This document shows positions 13,201 to 24,090 of a DNA stretch of 64,000 nucleotides, piece by piece. A program made the position numbers and the translations under genes. How positions within the stretch are numbered: position 1 is the first letter of the stretch; the number at the start of each line of letters is the position of its first letter. Location of the stretch: assembly GCF_964355755.1 (NCBI RefSeq), contig NC_092671.1, positions 26,734,070 to 26,798,069 on the forward strand. The letters run 5' to 3'. Below the pieces are notes generated by a model. It was not told the origin of the DNA and searched no databases. It worked only from the letters and a program-made list of their open reading frames with translations. Source of the DNA: Antedon mediterranea (Eukaryota > Animalia > Echinodermata).

Positions 13201-14894
13201 GATGAAAGTTATTGTCTGTGTACTATTGAACATCTAGTCACACTGAAGAAAGACTAAAAAGGATCAATCTACGCCTCTCTCCATAGTCCACTGTGCTTTG
13301 AGATGGTTATTGTAGTTCTGTATCATAATATAGTACCAATACAATTTACCATATTAATATTATCATATTTGTCATCATTGTGAAATACCAGCATATTTAT
13401 GTAAAGTCAAAAAAGTATTTTGGAAAATCATGCATATTAAACAAAACTGCAGCTGATTCAATTATGCACAGTACTAGGCTCATACAAGTCTATAAATAAA
13501 GCTATAACATTCAATTCAACACTGACTATCCCTTTAAGTGACTGGGCATGCACACCATCTGGTAATAGTATATCAGATTTTAGTCTACAGGGGATAAATG
13601 GGGTCATTGGGATTATATACTGTAAAAATGTAACAAACAACAGGCCTTGAATTGAAAGCATTTTATAGGCCTTGCTACTTATACATTTGAGGAAAGGGTG
13701 TATGCATTGGCAGTGGAAGGTGGTCCTGGTTATCACTCCCAATAAGCTCACAAATGCTGGGTGTCTTATATAGATAGCTCACAACAATAAATAGAATGTG
13801 TTTCTCTGCATCTCTCAAAAACACCCAATACAGTATTAATAACTTATAATTTCATTTATACTTGGGTTCTACTACCAACCAGGCTTTAGTTTGTTTTTAA
13901 CCTCAGATTGATTAAAATAGATTCTAATTTTGTTTGGGACTCATGTTTATTAACAATTATCTAGAAAGTTACATGAAGCAGAATGTCCAATTTAAAAATG
14001 TATTATACTGAATCCAAATTTGCTGAAATTTTAATGTAAGAACCGTGTTTATAATGGCTAGTGTAAAGTCATTTTTTTCTGTAATTGAATTAAAGTTTTA
14101 GTTTCAAGATCTGATTTCCTGTTTTTGTGTAATAACAGTATGTAATTGGCTGCTTGAAGATGTATTGTCTTTCTGGGAATTCCCCCAAAATACTGTTAGT
14201 CATCAATTATCGCTTTCAGCTATAAGATCAGTTTTGAAATGCAAATTAATGATACAGCTTTTGTTTTACACTATTTATTTTTTCTATAATAATTGTCACT
14301 GGTTTGTTGCACAGATTGAAAAATCACAGCAAATTGAATAGAAGCAACTAAAGCCATAAACAATATATTACCTTTAATAAAATGGAAATATGTATACTAT
14401 ATAAACTGTACACAATTTCACTGCAAAACTGACATGACAGAAGCATCTCCAATCAGACTAATGGAGTAATACATTATAAGCGCATGTAAAATTGTTTCCA
14501 GGTTTTCCAATTTCAATTGGTGACTGTTTTCTACATATTGTTGATATTTTCATTGGTAAGGTTCCCAATCGCAAAATTAAACCACCACGAAAATAACAGC
14601 AATACAGTACTGTAGGTATATCACCAGCCAGTATACTTACTATTTAAGAACAAACATTGTTCTAGGCTAAAGTTTGCTATGGTGGTATTGATGAAACAAA
14701 AATTCTGGTTATATTAGTGTTAATTATACTATCGGATTAAATTGCTGAGGTTCAAAGATAGAATGTGAAGTTTAACTGAAAACCAATGTTGTTTAAGTAC
14801 TTTTTAAATTTTCTGCTAACATTTTTTAAGAAACTTTCATTGGTTATTATATAAAAGAGTCGTTATCCAATCGAGTTCGAACAATACCATGAAA

Positions 14895-14966
14895 GCCCCA
14901 GTGGTCTAATGGTTAGGACATCTGCATATCAAGCAGGCGGTCCGAGTTCGAGTCTCGGTTGGGGCG
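14895..14966 (+). tRNA. tRNA-like cloverleaf, anticodon ATC (repeat-borne; probably not a housekeeping tRNA)
   Basis: Acceptor GCCCCAG/TTGGGGC, D stem GTCT/GGAC, anticodon stem TCTGC/GCAGG with loop ATATCAA, T stem CCGAG/CTCGG with loop TTCGAGT, G73, TTTTT 3 nt downstream. Confidence 0.75.
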
Positions 14967-15258
14967 ACTTTTTCTCATTCTCACAGATTTCCTCATCTTT
15001 ATCGTTTCAAATTAATTAATTAAATTTCAGTATATCACCGGGCGGTTTAGAATTAATGTTCTTTGCCTATTGTGTTTTTATATATAAAAGTATCTCTTCG
15101 GAGATCCCGTCTCGTGAATAAAAATACTGAAAGATGAGGGCGTATCCATTTGATCTCTGTTGCGCGTGCGTACAACTGAGGACTAGTGCTGTTCCGCCGT
15201 ACCACGCCGAGAATGTTAAAGAGTCGTTATCCAATCGAGTTCGAACAATACCATGAAA

Positions 15259-15330
15259 GCCCCAGATGTCTAATGGTTAGGACATCTGCATATCAAGCAG
15301 GCGGTTCGAGTTCGAGTCTCGGTTGGGGCG
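15259..15330 (+). pseudogene. Second tRNA-like copy, A-box damaged
   Basis: Same sequence with TG>AT at positions 8-9 and one T-stem change. Confidence 0.7.
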
Positions 15331-15807
15331 ACTTTTTCTCATTCTCACAGATTTCCTCATCTTTATCGTTTCAAATTAATTAATTAAATTTCAGTATATC
15401 ACCGGGCGGTTTAGAATTAATGTTCTTTGCCTATTGTGTTTTTATATATATAATCGAACTCGATTGGATAGCGACTCTTTAACATTCTCGGCGTGGTACG
15501 GCGGAACAGCACTAGTCCTCAGTTGTACGCACGCGCACCAGAGATCAAATTGATACGCCCTCATCTTACAGTATTTTTATTCACTAGGCGGGATCTCCGA
15601 AGAGATACTTTTATATATATAAACAAATCAGGCAAAGAACATTAATTCTAAACCGCCCGGTGATATACTGAAATTTAATTAATTAATTTGAAACGATAAA
15701 GATGAGGATATATATATATATATATAAATCAATGATGTTGCGTAGCACTGTGTAAATTATATATAAATAAATAAATAATTTACAGTATGATTTATATATA
15801 TATATAT

Positions 15808-16473
15808 CGTATTACGTGCACCACTAGAAATCTAGTTTATTGTATTTCGTGTACTAAATGTAATATGCTTTATATTGGTGAAACTAAACGCAGGTTAGGT
15901 GATAGGTTTGTAGAACATTTAAGGTCTATTAAACTAAAGACTCCCGGATTACCTGTAGCCACCCATTTTTGTAATAATGAGCATTCCCTTTCGGATATTA
16001 CTATTTCTGGTGTTAAAGTATGTAATGGTTCTGAGACATCTCGTAGAATTATAGAAGAAAGAATAATTGTAAAGCTTGGCACTCTTGCCCCTACCGGTAT
16101 AAATGTACAATTTAGATCCTTTAAACATTAATTTTGCCAGAGACATTCACATATTAACAATTATTTACACTTGAAGCTTTTGTCTTTGTTTTAAATTTCC
16201 TGCTTTATAAGCAACCATTCCTGCTTTGTACACCATAGCTTTTGGAGGCGTGCCTTTATAACTATGCCTTTTGTTTGTTAACATCTTTGATTGGCTGATT
16301 TGTTTTATTATGTAATTTTGTGACTTATATATATGTTATCCTTTGTTACAATTCTTTTCACCTGATGATGGGTATGCCCGAAACATGTCGTTAAAATAAA
16401 TCTATATTGAGGCAGTTTTAACTTATTTGATCTTGATTTTTTTCTATATCCTGCCTATGCAGCTCTTTGATTT
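15808..16473 (+). mobile_element. 3' fragment of a Penelope-like element (GIY-YIG endonuclease end + 3' UTR), bounded by (TA)n
   Basis: ITCTTRNLVYCISCTKCNMLYIGETKRRLGDRFVEH...HF...E...LGTLAPTGIN (VY-CxxC-YIGET GIY-YIG); stop at 16131; hammerhead motif in the 3' UTR. Confidence 0.85.
16355..16396 (+). ncRNA. Minimal type I hammerhead ribozyme motif
   Basis: ttttcac CTGATGA t GGG tatg CCC GAAAC ATGTC gttaaaa: conserved core, short stem II, palindromic stem III, stem I with one mismatch. Confidence 0.75.
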
Positions 16474-16604
16474 ATATATATATATATATATATAAACAAA
16501 TCAGGCAAAGAACATTAATTCTAAACCGCCCGGTGATATACTGAAATTTAATTAATTAATTTGAAACGATAAAGATGAGGAAATCTGTGAGAATGAGAAA
16601 AAGT

Positions 16605-16676
16605 CGCCCCAACCGAGACTCGAACTCGGACCGCCTGCTTGATATGCAGATGTCCTAACCATTAGACCACTGGGGC
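16605..16676 (-). tRNA. Third tRNA-like copy (anticodon ATC)
   Basis: Reverse complement identical to 14895-14966. Confidence 0.75.
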
Positions 16677-17636
16677 TTTCATGGTATTGTTCGAACTCGA
16701 TTGGATAGCGACTATATATATATACACGTCTGGGAAAAGAGTCTATTAGGACATGTCATGCTAAATTACAAATCCCAAAGCATTTCTGGTATATTCACTG
16801 TCAGATATTCATTGAATTATTATCGAAACAGTCCATTAAAGTTTGTGTTTGTAATAGGATACTTTACACTTGAATTATCTAGGGTGATGAAGTGACCCCC
16901 AGACTTGACCTTAGCAATAAAATTAACTAAAGTGACAGACATTGAGTATTCACTTCTGTAACAAAAAAATAATATTTATTCACATATAAAAAGAGAAAAG
17001 AAACCCAAAAACCATTGTCTGACAGACAATTTAAGTATTTGTTGCTTTAAATTACATTTTTTCAGGTAAAATAACTATTATGTGACAATAAAATAATGAC
17101 ACATTCAAAAACATTTGAAATAACAAATATTTTTCAATAAGCGAGCAGCGTTTTTTGTAAGAAATATTTCTTGTTTAGATCTAATACAAGATCACAAACT
17201 ACATTTATTGTAAAAATAAATACTATATGGTCCTAATGCGATAACTCTTTTCGTCTTTTAACAGTTAAAAATGTGATAAATAAGTTGATTCTAATAATTT
17301 AAGCGGCCTGCTATAAATCCATGCATTGCGCAATTATTTCAGCAATTAGACGTCATGCTAGGGCTATAGTATGGTGTACGATGTTTGTACGTTACTGCTG
17401 TTTACCAGCTAGGCCTACAAAACTAAGCCTAGCTACAAAAGGGCATTCACCGCAAGCTACTTATGTAGTGCCTTGTTTTTTTTATCATAATTTACCATAA
17501 AATGTACATTCAAGACAAGGAATGACCTAAGTCTAACAAAGTAATGCATTATTTTTACAAAACGTCAATAATTGTAGGGAATGAGTCTTAAATCAACAAA
17601 AATGAGTTACTTATTAATGTTTATCTTTAATTACAG

Positions 17637-17744
17637 GAACTTGATGAGGAGAACAAACTGCATATTCAAGAAGTTCAGAATATGCAATTGAAGCTGAATA
17701 GCAAATCTGATATGGCATTTACTAAGTTCAAACAAACAGCAATG
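17637..17744 (+). CDS. CEP290: CEP290 exon
   Basis: ttacag|GAA...ATG|gtaaga; ELDEENKLHIQEVQNMQLKLNSKSDMAFTKFKQTAM (KFKQTA motif); absent from the ORF track because it is short. Confidence 0.87.
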
Positions 17745-18333
17745 GTAAGAAAAATATTTATTCCAGACTAATTAAATAAGAGTTTGTATTTTTGTTCGTC
17801 GTACAATTTTTTTTGTTATTGCACGCATCCATACGTCATGGGGTATCAAAATGACTGCAAGTGTACTGGAAGAGTTTTTAAACAACATTAGGTAAGGTGT
17901 TTGTGGGGTATTTGAATCATCTCCAGAAAGGTTTTCAGGGTTCTGGGAAATACCAAAATGACTGGAATCATATTGGGAATGTTTTAAATTAAATTTGAAA
18001 ACCGTCACGGAGGGTTTGTATAATAGGAATAATGACAGTAATGAGATCTCCCATATTTGTACTGTGACAGTTTAAAAACTGTAATTAAAAAAAAAAAACG
18101 TATTAGGGAAATACTGGTGTCTTGGGGTAATAATGATCAAAATGATCAGAATTGTACAGGGAAGGTTTTAAACTATCATTTGAATTTGTTCAAGTTCAAG
18201 TTAAAATTTATTATCAAATACAAAATAAATGAAATTTGCCTTCCAAGGTTCAAATAACAATTAAAATAACAACAGTCAAAAACATACAATACTATACAAT
18301 GGATAAGATAATATATAAGAAAATATGCTTATA

Positions 18334-18955
18334 ATACCCCTTTTACACCGCCGAGCTAAATAACAAACCTGTGTCGTGTCCGGATAAATTTCCTTTTTAC
18401 ACCTGTATTCATAACCCGAGAATGACACAGGTTGTGTGTATTTATACTGCAAAATACCAACCCGTGTAAATCACAGATCAATCGAAATATCGCCCTCTCA
18501 CGCCGGAAGAGACACCATAGTAACAGTCTGCTCATTATACCTCCTACAATTTTGTTTTATGGCAATACACACACAAATTAAATCTGCTCTGGAAGAATAA
18601 TATCTTGAAATAAAAATGAATAACAAATAACCAGAAGTTGTATATATTAAATAAATGAATAAACAAAATTAATCTTATCTTAATTCTATGTAAATTAAAT
18701 ACTATAGAGAGCGAGGATAATAAACAAACGGGTAAAGATACGCTGAGCGTTTTACACCGCAAACATGAGTTCATCCCGGGTTGACTTGACGCTGAATACA
18801 TTCCGCATCACTTACCCGTGTGGTTCAGCGACCCGGGTAACTTTTTACGTCGTTTACACCGGCCTACATTTCCGCATTTTTGCGTCCCGGGTACGACTCG
18901 GGTTATACAATTCCGGATCAACTCCGCATTTTTACTGGCTGTGTAAAAGGGGTAT
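18334..18955. mobile_element. MITE (Harbinger-like termini)
   Basis: TIR ATACCCCTTTTACAC.../...GTGTAAAAGGGGTAT, flanked by TA. Confidence 0.75.
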
Positions 18956-20213
18956 TAAACATTTGAGTATACTTGCTAAAGTATGCGCCAAAGCATTCTA
19001 TTTGAAATTGGTTAAAAAATGGAAGATCTTTTGCTTGCATTTATGATAAACTGTTTAATAATTAAACTTTGCATCTCCCAGTTTCCTTAAATTGTCTCGG
19101 CTCTTCCATTGAAATAATCCAATTCAAGTCCAATTTTTTTTCTAAACAATTATTGTACTGTATATATTAAAAAAAAAGAACTTTCCTACTTGAAACACCA
19201 ATGAAAGCTTTGATTGGAGACCATCTGGCAATATTGGGTGCTGTATAGACAATTGGAGCTGGGGTCCCGTCAGGCATTTGAAATTAGCACTGTCTTATAG
19301 CAACACAACACAACATCCACAACATCTAGTATCTGCCTCAGACCTATTAGCTCTGCCTTTCCTCTAGTCAAGTTGGGCACAGGACGAGAAAAGCCCTTGA
19401 TCGATGATACTGAAGGACCAACCAAGGTGAAAAGCGTTACATTTTGTGTTGTGTTTATTATTAAATTGAGTGTTCCCATAATGCAGTGGGCCAAGTCATA
19501 ATTTTGCGTAGTTTGTATTCGTACGACTGTAAGTGTATTTTGTATTTAATGTAAATGTCTGCTGCCAAGAACACTGAAAAAAACATTGCCAAATGTTAAT
19601 TCTTTTTATGAGATATTGAAATTCATATATTCTCATAAATATTTATATTACCTCATGATATCACGTGAAAATGATTATATTGCAGTGCTAGTGTTTAATT
19701 ATTAACTTGTTTGTAGAAAGCAGCAATATACAGTATACTGTATTTCTGTAGATGACGAAATAAGGGTTTCACTTTCTTGTTTGTAAAATTATTCAAAATA
19801 ATTGCAGAATAAAATAGTTGAGAGAGACACTGACCATTATTATAATTACTAAACCTAATTCAAAGAGGGACTGTTCATATCAACATGATGTTCTGACAAA
19901 TGTTGTATCTGAACAGTCATCGTCTTTAGTATATGTGTCATACATTTTAGAGGTGAATAGTTTATTTTAAGAGATTAGCGCAGGATGCTGACGCAATTCA
20001 ATGTTTATTATAATCAAAATGTTGCCTATGATCGATGTCAAAGGAGAGTACTCCATTTAAAAATGTAATAAATATTGCAAAAGCGAATGGCTTTAATTGA
20101 GGGGGTTTGGGGTTTGTTGTGGCTAGCGAGATGAAGCAAGTGATAAATTAATATACAGTTTTTTTTGTTTAAACATATTTGTTTTAAATAATATAAAAAT
20201 AACGCTTAAAAAA

Positions 20214-20254
20214 GAACGACGTTTCGACTCCATCATGGGGTAATTATCAAGTCC
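20214..20254 (-). ncRNA. Minimal hammerhead motif, U3-A8 variant (copy 1)
   Basis: Minus strand ggac TTGATAA t [stem II] GAAAC GTC gttc. Confidence 0.6.
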
Positions 20255-20427
20255 AATGAATGAAATATAAAACAACTACTAATTAAATAGCACAAGCCAA
20301 GGGTCAAAGTTTAAATAACAAAAGACCTATTGTCTAACATCCTGTCAAATGAAAAGCTTAGCTTTTACAGAGTCGAATGAGAGTACGTTTATTGTAAATA
20401 CATAATATAAAAATAACGCTTAAAAGA

Positions 20428-20468
20428 GAACGACGTTTCGACTCCATCATGGGGTCATTATCAAGTCC
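20428..20468 (-). ncRNA. Minimal hammerhead motif, U3-A8 variant (copy 2)
   Basis: Minus strand ggac TTGATAA t gaccccatgatggagtc GAAAC GTC gttc, ~90 nt after the PLE stop codon. Confidence 0.68.
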
Positions 20469-20558
20469 AATGAATAAAATATAAAACAACAACTAATTAA
20501 GTAGCACAAGCCAAGGGTCAAAGTTTAAATAACAGAAGACCTATTGTCTAACATCCTG

Positions 20559-22715
20559 TCAAATGAAAAGCTTAGCTTTTACAGAGTCACTTTGTTTATT
20601 CAGACTAGGTTTTAATTGTCTGATATACAACATTTCATAGATAAGACAGTCAAATTTGTTTTTGCATTTCCTAAGTATACTAAAACATGAATTAATTTTA
20701 CTGGGATTAACAATCACTTTATGATCCTTCAAATGCTGTCCTATTAAGCATCTACTATGTTCAACAATGCGTTGGTAGAGGTGTCGGCATGTATATCCAA
20801 CATAACTTGCATCGCACAAGTCACATTTAACACATTGTTGACTTATAATAGTTGGTTTCTTTTCGACTTTCCTAATGTTATCTTTAACTTTTTTACTTAT
20901 GAATACAGGGACAATGTTTTTTTTTATCTTGTGACTTAGTTGGCATAGTTGTCGCTTGACGGAGTTCGCAGATTTCTTGTCTTTGAATGGCAGGATGATT
21001 CGCACTGGTATTTCGGATAGATCTGTTTCATCTTCTGCAGTGTTGTTATTGCTCTCTGCTGGTTTAAAGTTCTGTATGGTTGTTGTTATTAGTTCATCTG
21101 GATATTTCAGACGCTTAAAAATCTTCCTTAGAATTTCACATTCATCATTAAAAAGCTGGTGGGTCGACGATAGTTTGTAAGCCCGATTTAACATAGTTAT
21201 AATAAGTGACCTTTTATACTTGTTGTCAACGTGACTATTGTAGTGTAGCAATAAGCCTGTGTCTGTTGGCTTTCTGTAAACCCGTGTGTGCAATTTTTCC
21301 AAATCTTTGGTTATCAGCATTCCTAGGAAAGGGATTGAATTGTTCACGGCAGTTTCCATTGTGAACGCTATCGCAGGATGGGTTGTGTTGAGTAAAGCTA
21401 AAAATTCATTGGCTGCTTCTAGATTTGGCATGAATACTAGTGTGTCATCAACATACCGTTTGTAGTATTTGGGCATGTGGTTCGTAGATTCAAGGCGTTC
21501 CTCGATGTGGCACATAAATACATTTGCCATAAGGGGCCCTAGAGGTGATCCCATTGCAACTCCATCAACCTGTTCATACAAGTTACCATTAAATTGGAAT
21601 AGCTGATCTTTCGTTGCTATATTGAGGAGTACAATTAAATCGTCCTTATCTAAGTTTAGTCCATAATTATCATTGAACCAGTTGTTAGTAAATGCTTTAT
21701 CAGCAATAATTTGAATTGTCTCGGTTAAAGGAACATTTGTGAATAAGGACGAGACATCATATGATACCAAAATATCACTAGCATTAATAACGGTGGAGCG
21801 TATATCAGCTGCAAAGCTAAATACATCATCTATTGTATATGCGTTCTGGGATAGCGGTTTCAACTTCTCATCCAGCCACTGAGCTAATTTATAATTGTAG
21901 GTACCTGTTGCTGACAAGATTGGTCTCATAGATAACTTTTCTTTGTGTGTTTTAGGCAATCCATACAAATGAGCTAACCTTGATCCGGTTTGACAAATTG
22001 ATTTAGCAATTTCTTTTGGAAGAATTTTATGAACCGTTGAAATCATATCTTTCTCCTTTTTCAGGAGTGGATGGTAATGTGTCATTGGTCTTCCTCTTGT
22101 TCTTGGTTGTTCAGTAGAGATTGGTATAAATTTGGAAACATTGTTGACTGATGCTTCACATAATAAATGTTCAAATTCACTTCTATCCATGACTATTACT
22201 CCTGATCCTTTGTCTGGCTTTGTGATGATTATATCATCTCTCTTCTTTAATTGGCCAAGTGCTCTTGTTAAGGCTTTTGGTGGGGATGGTCCTTTCCTTT
22301 CTATATAATTAAGTGCGATAGACTTTAGAGTAGCTGCTGTTAATTCTTTAGTTTCCTCACCAACAATTTTAGGCTCCAGCTTCCAGTACGCTTTCTCGAA
22401 ATTTGCTTTAATTTCCCTGGATGAAACTCGGTGAGGGTAAGCAAATTGTAAGCCACGGCTGAGCGCTAGCTTTTGAAAGAACGATAGTCTATATGATGAT
22501 ATATTAATGATGTGTTCATCCACATTCTTACCTCTGTACATTAGGTTTGCGATTTTCTTAGAATGTCCATTCATTTCTGCTCCATACTGATTACAGCGTA
22601 GCTTGGTCATAGTCTGAAGTATAGCGAGATAACGAAATGACGAACATTGACTTCTGATTTCTGTGTAAATAGTATTTATTTCTTTTCTGAGATTACTAAG
22701 AAGTTTCAGCTTCAC
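20559..22715 (-). CDS. PLE reverse transcriptase + GIY-YIG endonuclease (5'-truncated, 718 aa open)
   Basis: KPDKG, LYGLPKTHK...MRPILS, SYDVSSLFTNVP, GVAMGSPLGP, RYVDD, YRKPT, C-terminal CDLC...YVGYT.R.L..R..EH; the GTG start abuts a duplicated 3' fragment, so the true start is missing. Confidence 0.9.
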   Translation of the reverse strand: MKLKLLSNLRKEINTIYTEIRSQCSSFRYLAILQTMTKLRCNQYGAEMNGHSKKIANLMYRGKNVDEHIINISSYRLSFFQKLALSRGLQFAYPHRVSSREIKANFEKAYWKLEPKIVGEETKELTAATLKSIALNYIERKGPSPPKALTRALGQLKKRDDIIITKPDKGSGVIVMDRSEFEHLLCEASVNNVSKFIPISTEQPRTRGRPMTHYHPLLKKEKDMISTVHKILPKEIAKSICQTGSRLAHLYGLPKTHKEKLSMRPILSATGTYNYKLAQWLDEKLKPLSQNAYTIDDVFSFAADIRSTVINASDILVSYDVSSLFTNVPLTETIQIIADKAFTNNWFNDNYGLNLDKDDLIVLLNIATKDQLFQFNGNLYEQVDGVAMGSPLGPLMANVFMCHIEERLESTNHMPKYYKRYVDDTLVFMPNLEAANEFLALLNTTHPAIAFTMETAVNNSIPFLGMLITKDLEKLHTRVYRKPTDTGLLLHYNSHVDNKYKRSLIITMLNRAYKLSSTHQLFNDECEILRKIFKRLKYPDELITTTIQNFKPAESNNNTAEDETDLSEIPVRIILPFKDKKSANSVKRQLCQLSHKIKKNIVPVFISKKVKDNIRKVEKKPTIISQQCVKCDLCDASYVGYTCRHLYQRIVEHSRCLIGQHLKDHKVIVNPSKINSCFSILRKCKNKFDCLIYEMLYIRQLKPSLNKQSDSVKAKLFI

Positions 22716-22851
22716 TTACAGAGTCACTTTGTTTATTCAGACTAGGTTTTAATTGTCTGATATACAACATTTCATAGATAAGACAGTCAAATTTGTTTTT
22801 GCATTTCCTAAGTATACTAAAACATGAATTAATTTTACTTGGATTAAAAAA

Positions 22852-22892
22852 GAACGACATTTCGACTCCATCATGGGGTCATTATCAAGTCC
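22852..22892 (-). ncRNA. Hammerhead motif copy 3 (stem III mutated)
   Basis: Same motif with GAAATGTC in place of GAAACGTC. Confidence 0.5.
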
Positions 22893-23595
22893 AATGAATA
22901 AAGTTATTTTTTAAAGAAAGTCTAGGCCTCCCATGTTTGTTAAACAAAGAAGTACACATAAATAATAGTAAGTTATCAATGGTGGGACTTATTCTAACAT
23001 AAGAGACACCAATTGGGGACACTTTATATTTTATTGAGGCACTTGCTGCATGTACTGTATACAGTTGGTAATATGGCAGAATGATTTGCATCAATTGAGA
23101 TAGAAAAACATACTATTTATGACAAACAGAAAATGTTAACTGTAGGCCCACTGTGGCTGGTAACTAAATGTAAATAACAGGTGAAATACTATAGGTTCTC
23201 AACATTGAAATATACACAGGCATACTGTAAGTTCACATTGAATTGCAAATAAATTGACATTAAATTTAGGATCTTTTGAATGTTAAACAGAAATAGAGAA
23301 CCTAATAGTCCTGTATAGGCAGGGGAGTATAGTTTGGGCGAATGTTCCCCTACTACCTTATCCCTATCATAATCAAAATGTCCATCTCTAATATTATAGT
23401 TTGTATAAACCGCTTATATATATATACACCATACAGTATCAAATTAATAATTTATTAATGTTTAAATTGCAAATTAGTTCGGCTACAACCAAGTGTAACT
23501 ATATACATACATATTGAATTTCCTTCATAAATGATACACTCCACCCACCCTTTAATCAAATCCCCTTTTCATATCCTGCCTACTGCTCTGTCTAA

Positions 23596-23726
23596 AGCCT
23601 CGATCGCACTGGACTTAATTTGCGTGAAAATATCCAAGTGCAAACAATTTTTTAAATTTCCGATGATATAGGGTGAAGCTACTGTGGTTAAATTTACCAT
23701 TTCTCAAGTCCAGTACGAACAAGGCT
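23596..23726. mobile_element. Short PIF/Harbinger-like MITE
   Basis: TAA|AGCCTCGATCGCACTGGACTT...AAGTCCAGTACGAACAAGGCT|TAA; TAA TSD. Confidence 0.65.
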
Positions 23727-23799
23727 TAAAGAACCTACCTAATCCTATTCCGTTAAAATGTAAATTTTTGTTTCGTCCTGGATTAATTTTTTGGGGATT

Positions 23800-24050
23800 A
23801 GGAAGTACATGGGAAGACAATCTCCTGCTCTTTTCAAAAACTGTACTGCATTGTTTAACAAGCACATCAGCCATATTGCAAATGGGACCAACAGCTCAAC
23901 GTATCATCCAAAAGACGCTGCTTTATCTACGTATTCCAACCTGCCAGTTGGAACACACAGAGAGTGGCAATTAAATTTAAACCATGGTGGGTGAAAGGAA
24001 ACCTATGGTATTTTACGGTTTAGAGCACAACACAATAAAAGGTATTGCAG
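23800..24050 (-). mobile_element. Degenerate Deu-domain SINE
   Basis: Minus strand cgtcttttggatgatacgttgagctgttggtccc...gttaaa...gaaaagagcagg resembles the recalled DeuSINE core. Confidence 0.5.
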
Positions 24051-24090
24051 CTAACAATTATTTTTATTTTGCTTTTATTTATTTATTAAG

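Larger units (their letters stand above)
14854..16712. mobile_element. Cluster of a ~360-bp tRNA-containing element in tandem and inverted copies, separated by (TA)n, surrounding a PLE fragment
   Basis: + copies at ~14854-15078 and ~15087-15442; - copies at ~15454-15708 and ~16494-16712; every junction is a TA tract. Confidence 0.8.
20188..22900 (-). mobile_element. Penelope-like retroelement with partial tandem (pLTR-like) repeats
   Basis: RT-GIY-YIG ORF; ORF end/3' UTR duplicated at ~20188-20373 and ~22716-22900. Confidence 0.92.

Noticed and set aside
15176-15260. CTGAGGA as a hammerhead core inside the tRNA-bearing unit
   Set aside because: No stem II closed by GAAA and no stem I/III pairing could be built
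22713-22715. GTG as the start of the PLE ORF
   Set aside because: It coincides with the junction to a duplicated 3' fragment; the element is 5'-truncated
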